Assembly: GCA_009859145.1 (NCBI GenBank)
Contig: VRVR01000057.1
Coordinates: forward strand, 116,259-180,258
Source of the DNA: Andalucia godoyi And28
Lineage: Eukaryota; Protista; Jakobida
DNA: 64,000 nucleotides
Direction: 5' to 3'
A program made the position numbers and the translations under genes. Below, in pieces: positions 54,130-64,000 of the stretch (its first letter is position 1; each line of letters starts with the position of its first letter). Below the pieces are notes generated by a model, which made no database searches, was not told the origin of the DNA, and saw only the letters and a program-made list of their open reading frames with translations.

Positions 54130-54512
54130 CCTACATTGTACACTGAACATGCATATCTACGAATGGACATGCATATTCAGTCTTGCATCCCGTTGCCGGG
54201 AAGGGGATAGGCCCCCAACACGCCTCACGGCGTTCTTCAGATAAATGCTCCGCGCTCCGTTCCCAATCTCGATCAATCGGTGAGCCACTTTCTCAGCGTG
54301 ACACGTTGTTCCTGAGAAGGGTGCATTTTTGATTCTGACGGCCCTAGCAGTAGGTGTAGTGACACGTGGTCTCTTAGGAGGTCTGCGGGACCTAGGAGGC
54401 CCTGTATCACGAATTCCTGTGAAACAAAACGTGCTAGTGTCGGCCAGTATTGACCGTGTCTGTTTATGTATACTTCCATCCGCATGCATGACAATGACGT
54501 GTTATTATTCAG
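54130..54512 (-). mobile_element. Internally deleted Fanzor2/IS607-TnpB element, subfamily A, copy 3
   Basis: Same deletion junction as 32831-33194; 3' end and 100 bp beyond match 46200-46423. Confidence 0.85.
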
Positions 54513-54570
54513 CGGCAAACAGCCAAGCATAATAAAGGTCGCGTATGGAGAAACGGCATGATGGGCGTTG

Positions 54571-57500
54571 CTACTGACTAGCGTCGACGGGGGAGTGAAA
54601 CGGATGAATGTAGGCGTCGACCAAGGGCAGAATGCATTCCGCAAATTGGGCAAACGAAACGATGTCCTCGGTGCGATGGTTCATGATTGCAGAGTGGCTG
54701 AATTCAAACGCGCTTGGGATGCCCGGGTAATCATGGGGCACATCGACTGCAAATTGATGCCCAAGAAGAAACATCATTTCGCGCTGTTGCGCATTCGAGA
54801 ATCCATACAGAAGGAACGCATATCGATCAATCGCGCAAAACACGACGAGGAACGAGTGAAAAACTTGGAAAAACCGTGCATGGGCCTGCACAACATCCAG
54901 AGACAGTAATGACGACGGGTGAACTTCGGTGACGCCGAACCCGGGGGGCTTCATCTTTGGGTCTATTTCAATGAGCGTTCGCTGCATCTCCATGCATCGA
55001 GCAACCAACTGCACCATAACGGACCGCTGCATAGGAGATGCTGCGGCTTTGATGGGGAATTCCACAACTCCAACAGTGGTATAGTTGCGAAGCCCATCGT
55101 TGGATCGCCGCGTCCCCCCGCAGTGCTCGTCGAAAAACGACCGAACGGAAGAAACCATAAGACCCAGCACAAAGTAGATGTGCGGCTCGGCGTACGTGGA
55201 AAGATGTGGATACCACTCGATGCGCACCTGCTCGGTCGACACGCGACCATCTCTCGGAGTCCATGCTAGCGTCTTTTTGCAAGGGATTCCTCCAGAGAAG
55301 TCCAGAAAAAATCTGTTTCGTCTGTAGTGGAATTCACGACGTTGGATTTCTGCAATGAGAATCTTCGGGAGATGACGACGAAACCGCACAAGACTTTTTG
55401 TCATCCAGGCAGAATACAGCATGTCCGTGCTCTCTCCAAACGTGTTGCGCAGTTTCATCTGCAGATCGGCTGGTAGTTCTGAAAATCGCTGTTTTAGCCA
55501 CGCTGCAGCCTCAGAATGAGGATCAACTGGAGCAAAAACAGGATGCGCCCAGACACACAGTCGGCTTGGCAGCTCGCCGTAAATCCACCGGCCCATATCG
55601 CTGGCCTTGGATAGCGCAACCAGCACAGAAGACAGATTCGCACTCATCTTTTCAATATCCTTGCATGAATGGTGATACACGGAGTCCGGGGTCATCTGCG
55701 GCCCTCGGGAAATTTCAAACAGTGACTTCTCTCCAACACAGTCGGAAAGCGAGGAGTACACATCATAAACGCCAGTTCTGGAAGGCAGCATATCCAGAAG
55801 GCCGTGCCAATGGACCAAGTCCTGCGCGACTGGAAGCACATGCCTGAAGTCATTCGCACAACACGATACCTCTGCTGCGTCGCACAGCGGCAGTGCAATG
55901 CGAACACAGAGGCCGTTGGCATCCTCTGGCGATCTTTCGGTCACGAGAACAACTAACGAACCAGCATAGTCCGAAAATGATTTCCAGGAGGAAAAGAACA
56001 ACAAGGGCTGCGCACATAAATGCGAAAGCAGCAGTACCGGCACAGACGTCTTCGACCGCCTCGAGAACTCTGCCAACTTTAGAATTACATCTCGTTGTGG
56101 ACTCTCACGGGGGTCAGAGCCACCATCTTCTGAATACGCAACTGCTGCGGGAAAGCTGTATAGTCCAAGCACCACGTTCAGCGCACTGTTGATGCTCGAA
56201 AACGCTTGAGTGCCCATGGCGCATGGGTGGACAAGTGCAAACGAATCGTAGGGATGGGCTGATGAACCGCTGATGCAAAAGTCTCCGCTGAGCACGTCGA
56301 TCTGCTCATCTGGCATGCACAACCTGCAATGGGATATGATCCAATCTGTGGAGTATCGATGCTGAGCGCAGGCAGCAACACTTGAATGTATCATCCTTGG
56401 ATGGTCGCAAGCATAGGATGAACCGTCGTCCACTTCCGGGTCGAACTGCAATACCTGACAGGCAACCGAGTCCAGAACCTCATCAAAATTCGCATGCAAA
56501 TCTCCTGCCATCACCATCCTTGGAGAAAATTGCCACAACGAGGTCCGCGAATTGCCAAGAACAGGATGCGTGATCACGGTCACCAGAGAATCGACGTCAG
56601 CATCTCGAAATATCGAATTTTGCAGATAGATCATGTCACGAATTCTTGCGTACCGATGCAGCAATTGACGGACAAACTGCGCGTGAATGTTCGTCAGCCA
56701 GGCCGATGGCGTGACAAAGCAATACACACCGTACGCAGACAGCCGAAACAGACCGAGAACAATGAACAGATAGTACAGGTCTGCCCTCCCGTTTGTCGAT
56801 ACGCCAACGTCTCGAAAACGCATCGCAACTGTTGCATCTGGGAACACACTCGTTTCCGAGCAGCACAGCGAAGACGACTGCGCAACATACGGCGGATTTG
56901 CGAGAATAAAATCAAACAGCTTGCCGCTCCAGTGTGCAACGTCATCATTTTCTGGAACTGCAAATGGTCTCCGTGATCGCAGAATCTGCAGGGAATCGAA
57001 GCAATGCAGCTTCATGGACTTCAGGATGAACGAAAAACGCTGGGCTCGAGCTCGAACGACAAGGGGCAGCATCATAAACATGCAATTCATGCAGGCCAGC
57101 TCATGCGCACATCTGTCCCGGTCGACGCCGTAAATTTCTTCGCAAAGCTGGTCGACAACATGGCACCAGTCCACATCGATTGTTGGGAAGCGACCCATGG
57201 ATTGCACATCATGGTGAATGAACTGCACTATCGCATGGATGTAAGCACCAATGAAAACACCGGAGCCCATAGCGGGGTCGAGGAAGGAGCGTACGCAATA
57301 CCGGAACGGAGGAGTAGGATTCAGACGACGAACTGCACAACTTGCGTTTCTTGTTGAGATGTTCACCATCATCACCGCGACGCTCCTTGGAGTCATATAT
57401 TGTCCAAGAGCCCGACGCATGTTCTTCATCTGAAATTCAAGCTTTGAAGAAGGACCCACGTTCAGTGATGCGAGCAGGTCATATTCACAGCCGTGGAAAT

Positions 57501-58206
57501 CCGTCACCAAATCACAAAAGTCCGCGACAGGAAGCTCCATGTTCCTGAGAAGCCATTCGCACATAGCCAGATGTTCCGACACCAGTGTTGGTGAAATCAA
57601 GTGCTCATAGCTGTCTGCATGATCGTGGTTGTCGGCAAGAAACCGATGGATCCAGAAGAATGGGTTTGCATCGGAAACAAGAAAGGAATCCCACAGCGTG
57701 CCTCGCAGGTCCGCTTCATTTGGCGCAAGGACTCCTAGCAAGCATGCGTACCGCCTGCTTGTCTGCTGAGTAGCATGGGAAGCGAGAGTGAAGCACGCGC
57801 TGTTGAGCACGGCCATGATTACCAAGTGTCGCGCGGCGCGCGCTAGATACAGCCAGCAAGCGCCTTCGATCAGCGCTTCATGATGGGGAAGGCAACCCAG
57901 GCTGGCCAGTCCGTCCGGTGCGGTTTTTTGACCGCACCGGAGCCGGCAAAAGGACTGCAGAAGCCGGAACGACGACGCCCGGATCGTTTCGATTGGTCCC
58001 TCGTTGCATTTGAGCAAACCCGACACAACCACCACGCACTCGACAAACGCAGATGCCAGACGATCTGAGACATCCGGAACCGAACGCAGGATCCGAGTTC
58101 CCAAGGAGATCTCTGTGCAGAGCATATGAATAACTTCAATGTACCGTCTTTGCATACACTTCATCACCGCACATTTTGGCATTGCCGCCGAACGCTCCTC
58201 GCGCAT
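54571..58206 (-). CDS. Type IIG/Eco57I-TaqI-like N6-adenine DNA methyltransferase with C-terminal target-recognition domain; no nuclease domain recognised
   Basis: RRALGQYMTPRSV, motif I FLDPAMGSGVF, IYGVD, motif IV FILANPPY, DLYYLFI...CFVTPSAWL, IFRDADV; TaqI_C-like YFVLGLMVSS...EFPI. ATG at 58206; the ORF-track start is TTG. Confidence 0.85.
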   Translation of the reverse strand: MREERSAAMPKCAVMKCMQRRYIEVIHMLCTEISLGTRILRSVPDVSDRLASAFVECVVVVSGLLKCNEGPIETIRASSFRLLQSFCRLRCGQKTAPDGLASLGCLPHHEALIEGACWLYLARAARHLVIMAVLNSACFTLASHATQQTSRRYACLLGVLAPNEADLRGTLWDSFLVSDANPFFWIHRFLADNHDHADSYEHLISPTLVSEHLAMCEWLLRNMELPVADFCDLVTDFHGCEYDLLASLNVGPSSKLEFQMKNMRRALGQYMTPRSVAVMMVNISTRNASCAVRRLNPTPPFRYCVRSFLDPAMGSGVFIGAYIHAIVQFIHHDVQSMGRFPTIDVDWCHVVDQLCEEIYGVDRDRCAHELACMNCMFMMLPLVVRARAQRFSFILKSMKLHCFDSLQILRSRRPFAVPENDDVAHWSGKLFDFILANPPYVAQSSSLCCSETSVFPDATVAMRFRDVGVSTNGRADLYYLFIVLGLFRLSAYGVYCFVTPSAWLTNIHAQFVRQLLHRYARIRDMIYLQNSIFRDADVDSLVTVITHPVLGNSRTSLWQFSPRMVMAGDLHANFDEVLDSVACQVLQFDPEVDDGSSYACDHPRMIHSSVAACAQHRYSTDWIISHCRLCMPDEQIDVLSGDFCISGSSAHPYDSFALVHPCAMGTQAFSSINSALNVVLGLYSFPAAVAYSEDGGSDPRESPQRDVILKLAEFSRRSKTSVPVLLLSHLCAQPLLFFSSWKSFSDYAGSLVVLVTERSPEDANGLCVRIALPLCDAAEVSCCANDFRHVLPVAQDLVHWHGLLDMLPSRTGVYDVYSSLSDCVGEKSLFEISRGPQMTPDSVYHHSCKDIEKMSANLSSVLVALSKASDMGRWIYGELPSRLCVWAHPVFAPVDPHSEAAAWLKQRFSELPADLQMKLRNTFGESTDMLYSAWMTKSLVRFRRHLPKILIAEIQRREFHYRRNRFFLDFSGGIPCKKTLAWTPRDGRVSTEQVRIEWYPHLSTYAEPHIYFVLGLMVSSVRSFFDEHCGGTRRSNDGLRNYTTVGVVEFPIKAAASPMQRSVMVQLVARCMEMQRTLIEIDPKMKPPGFGVTEVHPSSLLSLDVVQAHARFFQVFHSFLVVFCAIDRYAFLLYGFSNAQQREMMFLLGHQFAVDVPHDYPGIPSAFEFSHSAIMNHRTEDIVSFAQFAECILPLVDAYIHPFHSPVDASQ

Positions 58207-59324
58207 TTTTCTTTCTTCCCACGTCAGCGGACAGCCTGCGCGCGCAACAAGCAAAAAAGAACTGTCCCAGAATACCAAGAAAAGAACAAGGCACTAATCC
58301 ACTACTACACCCCAAATGCGACAAGCCGTTACGCACAATGCACGCATTACAACGATTGTATTACGTTACTGTCCCTCTTTTTACGAGGAGGGGGAAAAAT
58401 GCCAAACACCGATTCGTTTGCAGAGGAGAAAGAAAGACGTTTCCTCGTGCGTGGCCGTGCTCCCACAGGCAGTGCGAAATGACTGCATCTGACGGATACC
58501 GATACCTGTCGCGAGAAACGCCTGGTCGATGCGGCGGCACGGCCGAGGCTGGCTGGGAGGATCGTTCTCCTGACGGCCGAGCGGATGCTGCAGCCGGAAA
58601 CGGATGCATTGCCAGTGCATTCATGTCCGCGCAGCAGCCTGAATTCCGCTGTCCAGAAAACACCTGCTGTACAACGCATCCAGAGGGCAGTCGATGGGCC
58701 GTCGATTTCGCACATGAATCCTCTTTGCGTCCCCGTTTTGTTTTCATTCTCTTTTTCTATTTACTTCTTACAATTAGGCCGGTCAGCTTCTTATGAGATG
58801 CATGCTTTGTTTTCATTCTGAGCATGGATCTGAACGACCGGCTGAGATAGACCAGTGAGTAAGCTATCGAACTCGCACTGATCCGTTGCTTGAATTCGCT
58901 AGTAGACACTGGGAAAAACACACCCAACTCCAAGCACACCTTACACCCTTTTGCGCATGAGAAACATTCACGATATGCACTTTACACCTTTAAAAAAAAC
59001 ACGTACTTGAGCCCCGGCATAGCTGGTTTGAGCTTGTTAGAAAGATCCCTCTATGGAGCCATGCGATGTTTTTGCCTTTGACGAAAGGTGCTGCTTGAGG
59101 GTTCGATAGATAAAGCAAAAACAGAAGACAACAGAGAGAAATGAAAAAATGTGATGAAAAATTCTACTTGACTACGGTAAGAAAATCGTATTGTTTGAAA
59201 ACGGTCGTCAGTCAGTTCACTTCAGCTCATATTTCCTCGCCACTTTCAGTTTTGTCTCTCTTCTCGCAATCATTCCTTGCAAAGGCCTTTTTTTTTTTGG
59301 AGTGTGGAGGGTGGGTCGAGCGAG

Positions 59325-59948
59325 ATGTCAGAAATGCTGCTGTCGTTTGCGAACAAGCTGCCGCTTGCGATCGCCTTTGGAGTCGGAGTCTTGTCGGCGA
59401 GTGTTTATTTTCAACGCGCTTTTGCGTGTCGCAAGCGCGTTGCAGCAGAGGACAAGGACAAGGACGAGGACGAGAACGGGAGCGGCGACGAAAGCGAGAA
59501 CGACAGCGACGACGAAGATTCGGACGCGGACGCGCACACGCTGACGAAAGGTTCGCAGAAATTGAGTGAACGCGCATCGTGGGATGGTGTTTCGGACGAC
59601 TTGAAAATGGTCTTGATTGTTCGGACAGATCTGGGGATGCAAAAGGGCAAAGCTGCTGCGCAATGTTGCCATGCGTGTCTGGCGTCGTATGAAAAGGCGA
59701 AGAAGATATGCCCAAAGACGCTTCGAGAATGGTACGAATATGGCCAGCCGAAGATCACTCTGAAAGTAGACAGCGAAGAGGCACTCGTGCAGGTGTGGGC
59801 AGAGGCAAAGGCCGCAGGGCTTCCTTGCTATCTGGTTTGCGATGCTGGCCGAACCCAGATTGCCGCAGGTTCCAAGACAGTCGTTGCCATCGGGCCCGCT
59901 CCCAATGCTGAAATCGACAAGATCACGGGATCCTTGAAGCTGTACTGA
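59325..59948 (+). CDS. PTRH2: Peptidyl-tRNA hydrolase 2 (PTH2/Bit1) with N-terminal TM anchor
   Basis: KMVLIVRTDLGMQKGKAAAQCCHA, GQPKITLK, DAGRTQIAAGSKTVVAIGP. Confidence 0.96.
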   Translation: MSEMLLSFANKLPLAIAFGVGVLSASVYFQRAFACRKRVAAEDKDKDEDENGSGDESENDSDDEDSDADAHTLTKGSQKLSERASWDGVSDDLKMVLIVRTDLGMQKGKAAAQCCHACLASYEKAKKICPKTLREWYEYGQPKITLKVDSEEALVQVWAEAKAAGLPCYLVCDAGRTQIAAGSKTVVAIGPAPNAEIDKITGSLKLY

Positions 59949-59962
59949 CGTTGGAAACGGAA

Positions 59963-60577
59963 CTACTGCTTGCCAATGGCAGTGCCGTTGTTATTATTGT
60001 TGATCATTCGCTGCAGGACAAAGAGCTCTTGTCGATGCTTCATTCGCTCCGACTCTACTTCCCCCAAAGACCTTCTCTGTAAATCCGCATATTGCTTCCT
60101 CAGTTTCTCGTTCATTCCTTTGGCCTCTTCGAGCTCCCTCTTGAGCATTTCGATCGTCTGCGACTGGTTCGACGCGGACACTTCCTGGTCTCTCACCACT
60201 CGCAAAGTGCGTTCAAAGATATCTCGGTCTCTTCGAATCTGCTCTTCCAATTCGCGAATCCGCTTGTCTCGGTCCTCCACTTGCGTGCGCAGTCTGCGGA
60301 GCCCTTCTTCGTACAGATCCCGTTGGTCAGCCTCAATGGACTTGCGGAGCGCAAGGCTTTGCTGCGCCTCCAGCTGCCGAGTCTGCACTTTCTGCTGAAG
60401 ATCGCTCTGCTGCGACAGTGCTTCACGCTGCACTTGCAGCTGCCGAGTTAGACTCTCGACTTTCAGCTGCGACGCCGCGAGTCGTTGACGATACAGCGCC
60501 ACCAGGTCCGATGTCTGATCCAGAATCAAGCCCGATGAATCATCATGATGTCCAACCACCACGTTGCTCGCGCTCAT
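59963..60577 (-). CDS. Coiled-coil protein
   Basis: Heptad-rich E/Q/R/L composition across about 200 aa. Confidence 0.65.
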   Translation of the reverse strand: MSASNVVVGHHDDSSGLILDQTSDLVALYRQRLAASQLKVESLTRQLQVQREALSQQSDLQQKVQTRQLEAQQSLALRKSIEADQRDLYEEGLRRLRTQVEDRDKRIRELEEQIRRDRDIFERTLRVVRDQEVSASNQSQTIEMLKRELEEAKGMNEKLRKQYADLQRRSLGEVESERMKHRQELFVLQRMINNNNNGTAIGKQ

Positions 60578-60738
60578 CGAGTCAATCAATCAACCAACCA
60601 AACACTCTCGCTCGTATGCAATCACACAGTATCCACCGATATGCGGAATGTTGAAAAAAGGTGTTTGGTGTTTGGTGGGGGCAGGGTGACAGTAATCACG
60701 GAGCGTCTGCCAGAGGTCGGCGTTTGTCGACTGCGACG

Positions 60739-61007
60739 AAACGGACGCTGCCTGACTGGTTCTAGCGGTGGAGTAACGCTGAATTGTACAGCCGTTAACA
60801 TTGGCATGAATTTTTCGACCTGCCGTTAACGGCAGTCAGCCTCACGGAATTATTTTGCGTAGGCTGCTTCTGAAATAACAGAATTCCTTGATTATATACA
60901 TTAATAGCGACGTTGTTGTAAGCCCCAGTAATAACGGAGGCCGTTTGAAGGGTTAACGCACCGTCTCGCTGGAAAAGTCGGACGTTAGGTTAACGTGCGT
61001 TACGTTA
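60739..61007. promoter_or_regulatory. Cluster of TAACG/CGTTA (Myb/MSA-like) motifs in a divergent promoter
   Basis: Ten TAACG/CGTTA hits in about 235 bp plus the perfect 16-bp palindrome CTGCCGTTAACGGCAG (60820-60835). Confidence 0.45.
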
Positions 61008-61193
61008 GCCCCATGACTAACTGGTTCCCCCAGCCGCCTTTTTTGGCAGTCCTGGCCCACCCAGGATTGGACCTTGTTGTGGACCTTGTTGTGGACCTTG
61101 TTGTTTGCGTTTCATTGTTCCCGACTTCTGCATGCTAACGGTCACATCTCAGGTTTTTTGTGCCGTTACTGTCGTCTCCGTTTTCAGCTGCTC

Positions 61194-62423
61194 ATGACCC
61201 GACCGACTATATTTGTGCGCTTGTGGGTGCTTGCGGTTGCTGTTGCCGTGGGTCTTGCATCGGTGACCGACACTGTGGAGGCGGGCCCAGCTTGTACTGC
61301 GTACACCTCGACCCGCTCGTGCATCGCGAATGGCTGCGGCTGGTGCCTCCAGTCCAACCAGTGTCTTGACAAGGCCAATTCTGCCTCCTGCTCATGCTCT
61401 GGGGCGTGTGCCAACTGTTTCCGAACCTTCAATGTGGCCGATGGTGGATCCTGTCCCGGATACACCTCGTGCCAGCAGTGCACGTCGGATCCTGCATGTG
61501 GCTGGAACGTGTACTCCATGTCTTGCGTGTATGGGGATCGTCTTGGTGCCTGTTTCAGCTCGCAGAACAGCCAGTGTTCCGGGAGTGCGAATCTCAACCA
61601 AACCTTTTACTGGCAGTACGGCGACTCTGTTCAGTGCCCGGTTCAGTATTCGTCCTGTGGACAATATCTTGACTGCCAGGCATGCACGTCTGATGGCGCA
61701 TGCGGGTGGAACACATACTTGAATCTGTGCACCGAGGGAAACTCGTATGGCGCGTGCTGGAGCAGCCATGACAGCTCCTGCAGCGGAACTGCAGCTGCAC
61801 AGAAGCAGTCTTACTGGCAATACGGATCCAATGCACGATGCCCTGCGAAACATTCTTCCTGCCAGCAGTACCATGACTGCCAGCTGTGCACCTCTGATCC
61901 TGCGTGTGGGTGGAATGTGTACCTCAAGACATGTGTTGACGGTAATTCGGTTGGTGCGTGTGAATCGAGCCAGGATTCGTCGTGCAGTGGTTCGGCAGCC
62001 GCAGACCGTTCGTTCTATTGGCAGTATGGGACTTCTGCAGTGTGTCCTCAGGACCATTCCAACTGTTATCGCTTTGCAGATTGTGCGACATGCACTTCGG
62101 ACAAAGCATGCGGCTGGAATACGTACCTGCAGCTTTGTACACCCGGAAACCAAATAGGGTCTTGCTTCTCATCCGAGGACTCGCAATGTTCCGGTGCGGC
62201 ATCGAAGGAACAAAAGTCGTACTGGCAGCATGGATCCTCTGCCATTTGTCCCGCAAACTCGGGCAGATGTGCAGATCATTTCGATTGTGCGTCTTGCGTT
62301 TCCGACAAGGCTTGTGGTTGGAACGGAGCCCAGTGTGTGGAGGGCAACCAGTACGGCACCTGCCAAAGTAGCCAGGCCGGAAAGACGTGGAGCTATGGCT
62401 CGTGCGCAAGCGGAGCCGCATGA
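61194..62423 (+). CDS. Secreted Cys-rich protein with six PSI-like repeats
   Basis: Signal peptide, then C..C.SD.ACGWN....C..G units; central units about 68 aa, ending YWQYG...CP. Confidence 0.85.
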   Translation: MTRPTIFVRLWVLAVAVAVGLASVTDTVEAGPACTAYTSTRSCIANGCGWCLQSNQCLDKANSASCSCSGACANCFRTFNVADGGSCPGYTSCQQCTSDPACGWNVYSMSCVYGDRLGACFSSQNSQCSGSANLNQTFYWQYGDSVQCPVQYSSCGQYLDCQACTSDGACGWNTYLNLCTEGNSYGACWSSHDSSCSGTAAAQKQSYWQYGSNARCPAKHSSCQQYHDCQLCTSDPACGWNVYLKTCVDGNSVGACESSQDSSCSGSAAADRSFYWQYGTSAVCPQDHSNCYRFADCATCTSDKACGWNTYLQLCTPGNQIGSCFSSEDSQCSGAASKEQKSYWQHGSSAICPANSGRCADHFDCASCVSDKACGWNGAQCVEGNQYGTCQSSQAGKTWSYGSCASGAA

Positions 62424-62858
62424 ATAATTACCTTTGTACACTGTAAACTGCGAGAGTGTGTCACTGAATCCAAACTACAAACTTGCGCTACTCGCGACAT
62501 CCGCTGGAACGACTGTGCTTCTACTGATCATTGTGATCTCAGCAGTTTTGAATTGCATATTTCTTGCACATTCTGAAAGTGGATGGCACAGCCGTCGCAA
62601 ATCTGCACTTCCATCACAATTTCGTTCTCGTAGTTTCTCTCTCTCTCTTTCTCCCTCTTTCGCGCGTTCCGATGCACGGTTTAACAAGTGTTGGATGCGC
62701 GCACGCCCGTTTCAGCAGGAGCGTTGGAGCACTCCTCAGCCAGAAAAAGCGTCCTGTATGCAGCTCCGCTTCTGATCCCACAGCAACCCGTAATATAGTG
62801 CTCACCAAAGCAAAGCAAAGCAAAGTTCGCTTTCTGCAACGCACGGCCCCATCGCATT

Positions 62859-63982
62859 TTAGGAGCTGCGGATATGCCGGAATGGACCCGGAGTAGTGAA
62901 TGCAGCAACCGGTTGTTCATTCCCCAGACTGAGACGAATCGTCATCAGCCCAAGCATGGGAGAAAATAGCATAAAGTCAGCGTCCTCATGCCGATTGCAG
63001 CGATACACGAGGGAAGCACCACTGGACATCCCCATTGCACCGCATCCGTGACGCGGTCGTCTCGTTTCCATGAGAATCGCACAGTGTCTCTCGAGGCAGC
63101 CGGATGCTTCCTCAGAGTTCCATGCAGATCAGATTTCAGAGTGCTCTTCTACATCCTCGACAGCCGACTGAATCGACAGCGACTGACCGTGCCCACTGAG
63201 CCCAGCCGAACAGGATGCAGGGAGTGGTGGCAGGAGGGGTTTCTTTTGTCGCTGCCGGCAGCTCCTTTGACCGTCCGCTCCCCCACCGACGCGTGGCGAT
63301 GTCTCTGGCGACAGACATGGCGGTGATGGCACACAGTGTCGCAGATACCGTGCGTGTCTCTGGTAAGAAGAGCGTGCCCTGTCTTCAGTTCTCGATGCTC
63401 GTGCAGTGTCAGCGGAAAACAATGGTGTTTTACGTGTTCTTCATGATCCGTCGGCGACTGCGACGAACCCCTTCAGTGGCACTTCCCGGACACGGAGCAG
63501 CGACACTTGCCATCGCATTCCGTGCAGCAGTACTCCAGTCCGTGGCAGCAGTCTCCGTCAAGACAGCAGTCCGGATCAGAATACGGGAAGGCGGCTGAAC
63601 GGCAGAAGGCGTCTGCTGCATCCAGGTCCTCTTTCGCAAAAGAAACGTCCCATGAAGAAAAGTCCTTTCCACGGGAAATGCGAACGGCCGCTCGGGCCGC
63701 ACATTCGAGGTCGAATGCACACTCGTCAGACACCTGCGCATGGCCCGCAGTCTTGGAGCTCAAAAGAAAGACTCCGCGGAGAGCATGTCCGTCGGGTGCA
63801 GGGTGCGATGACTGCGGTGGTGCGTCGCCGTGCAGGTTGCCAAGCAGCACTGCATGTTTGCAGCCAGCCGCATACCCCCCGGCCCGCTTCCAGGCCTTTG
63901 CGACATCAGACACGGAGGCCGCCGAGATAATTCCGACAATGCTACACAGCAGCAGCATTTGCACCGCAACGCTTGGCCTCAT
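62859..63982 (-). pseudogene. Frameshifted, probably secreted alpha/beta hydrolase (carboxylesterase-like)
   Basis: Signal peptide MRPSVAVQMLLLCSIVG, then in different frames but in family order THGICDT, LSGHGQS, GMSSGAS (GxSxG), LFSPMLG. Confidence 0.45.
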
Positions 63983-64000
63983 TCTTGGCTTTTCGAAAGC

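Noticed and set aside
61069-61104. Three tandem GGACCTTGTTGT units; also ACACGACA-type repeats at 30750-30835
   Set aside because: No unique spacers, so these are minisatellites, not CRISPR.

Overview
Gene-dense, intron-poor eukaryotic DNA, probably a flagellated protist (CFAP97-like and RP2-like ciliary domains, NSF, Mo25, RasGEF, and CT/GA/CA microsatellites next to genes). It holds about 25 protein genes, one clear spliceosomal intron and at least two frameshifted pseudogenes. Four things stand out. (1) A 2356-aa FAAL-ACP-KS-AT-ACP-oxoamine synthase megasynthase with the domain order of bacterial RedL, fused to a eukaryotic PH domain. (2) Five non-autonomous Fanzor2/IS607-TnpB-like remnants in two subfamilies, all keeping the omegaRNA-bearing right end; two copies also share 100 bp of flank beyond that end, i.e. 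a fixed guide. (3) A 1.2-kaa bacterial type IIG-like N6-adenine DNA methyltransferase with no visible nuclease. (4) A MINDY4-type deubiquitinase with an inserted RP2/TBCC domain. No CRISPR array, rRNA or tRNA was seen. All family calls come from motif reading without database searches; many starts were moved from the ORF track to the first plausible ATG.
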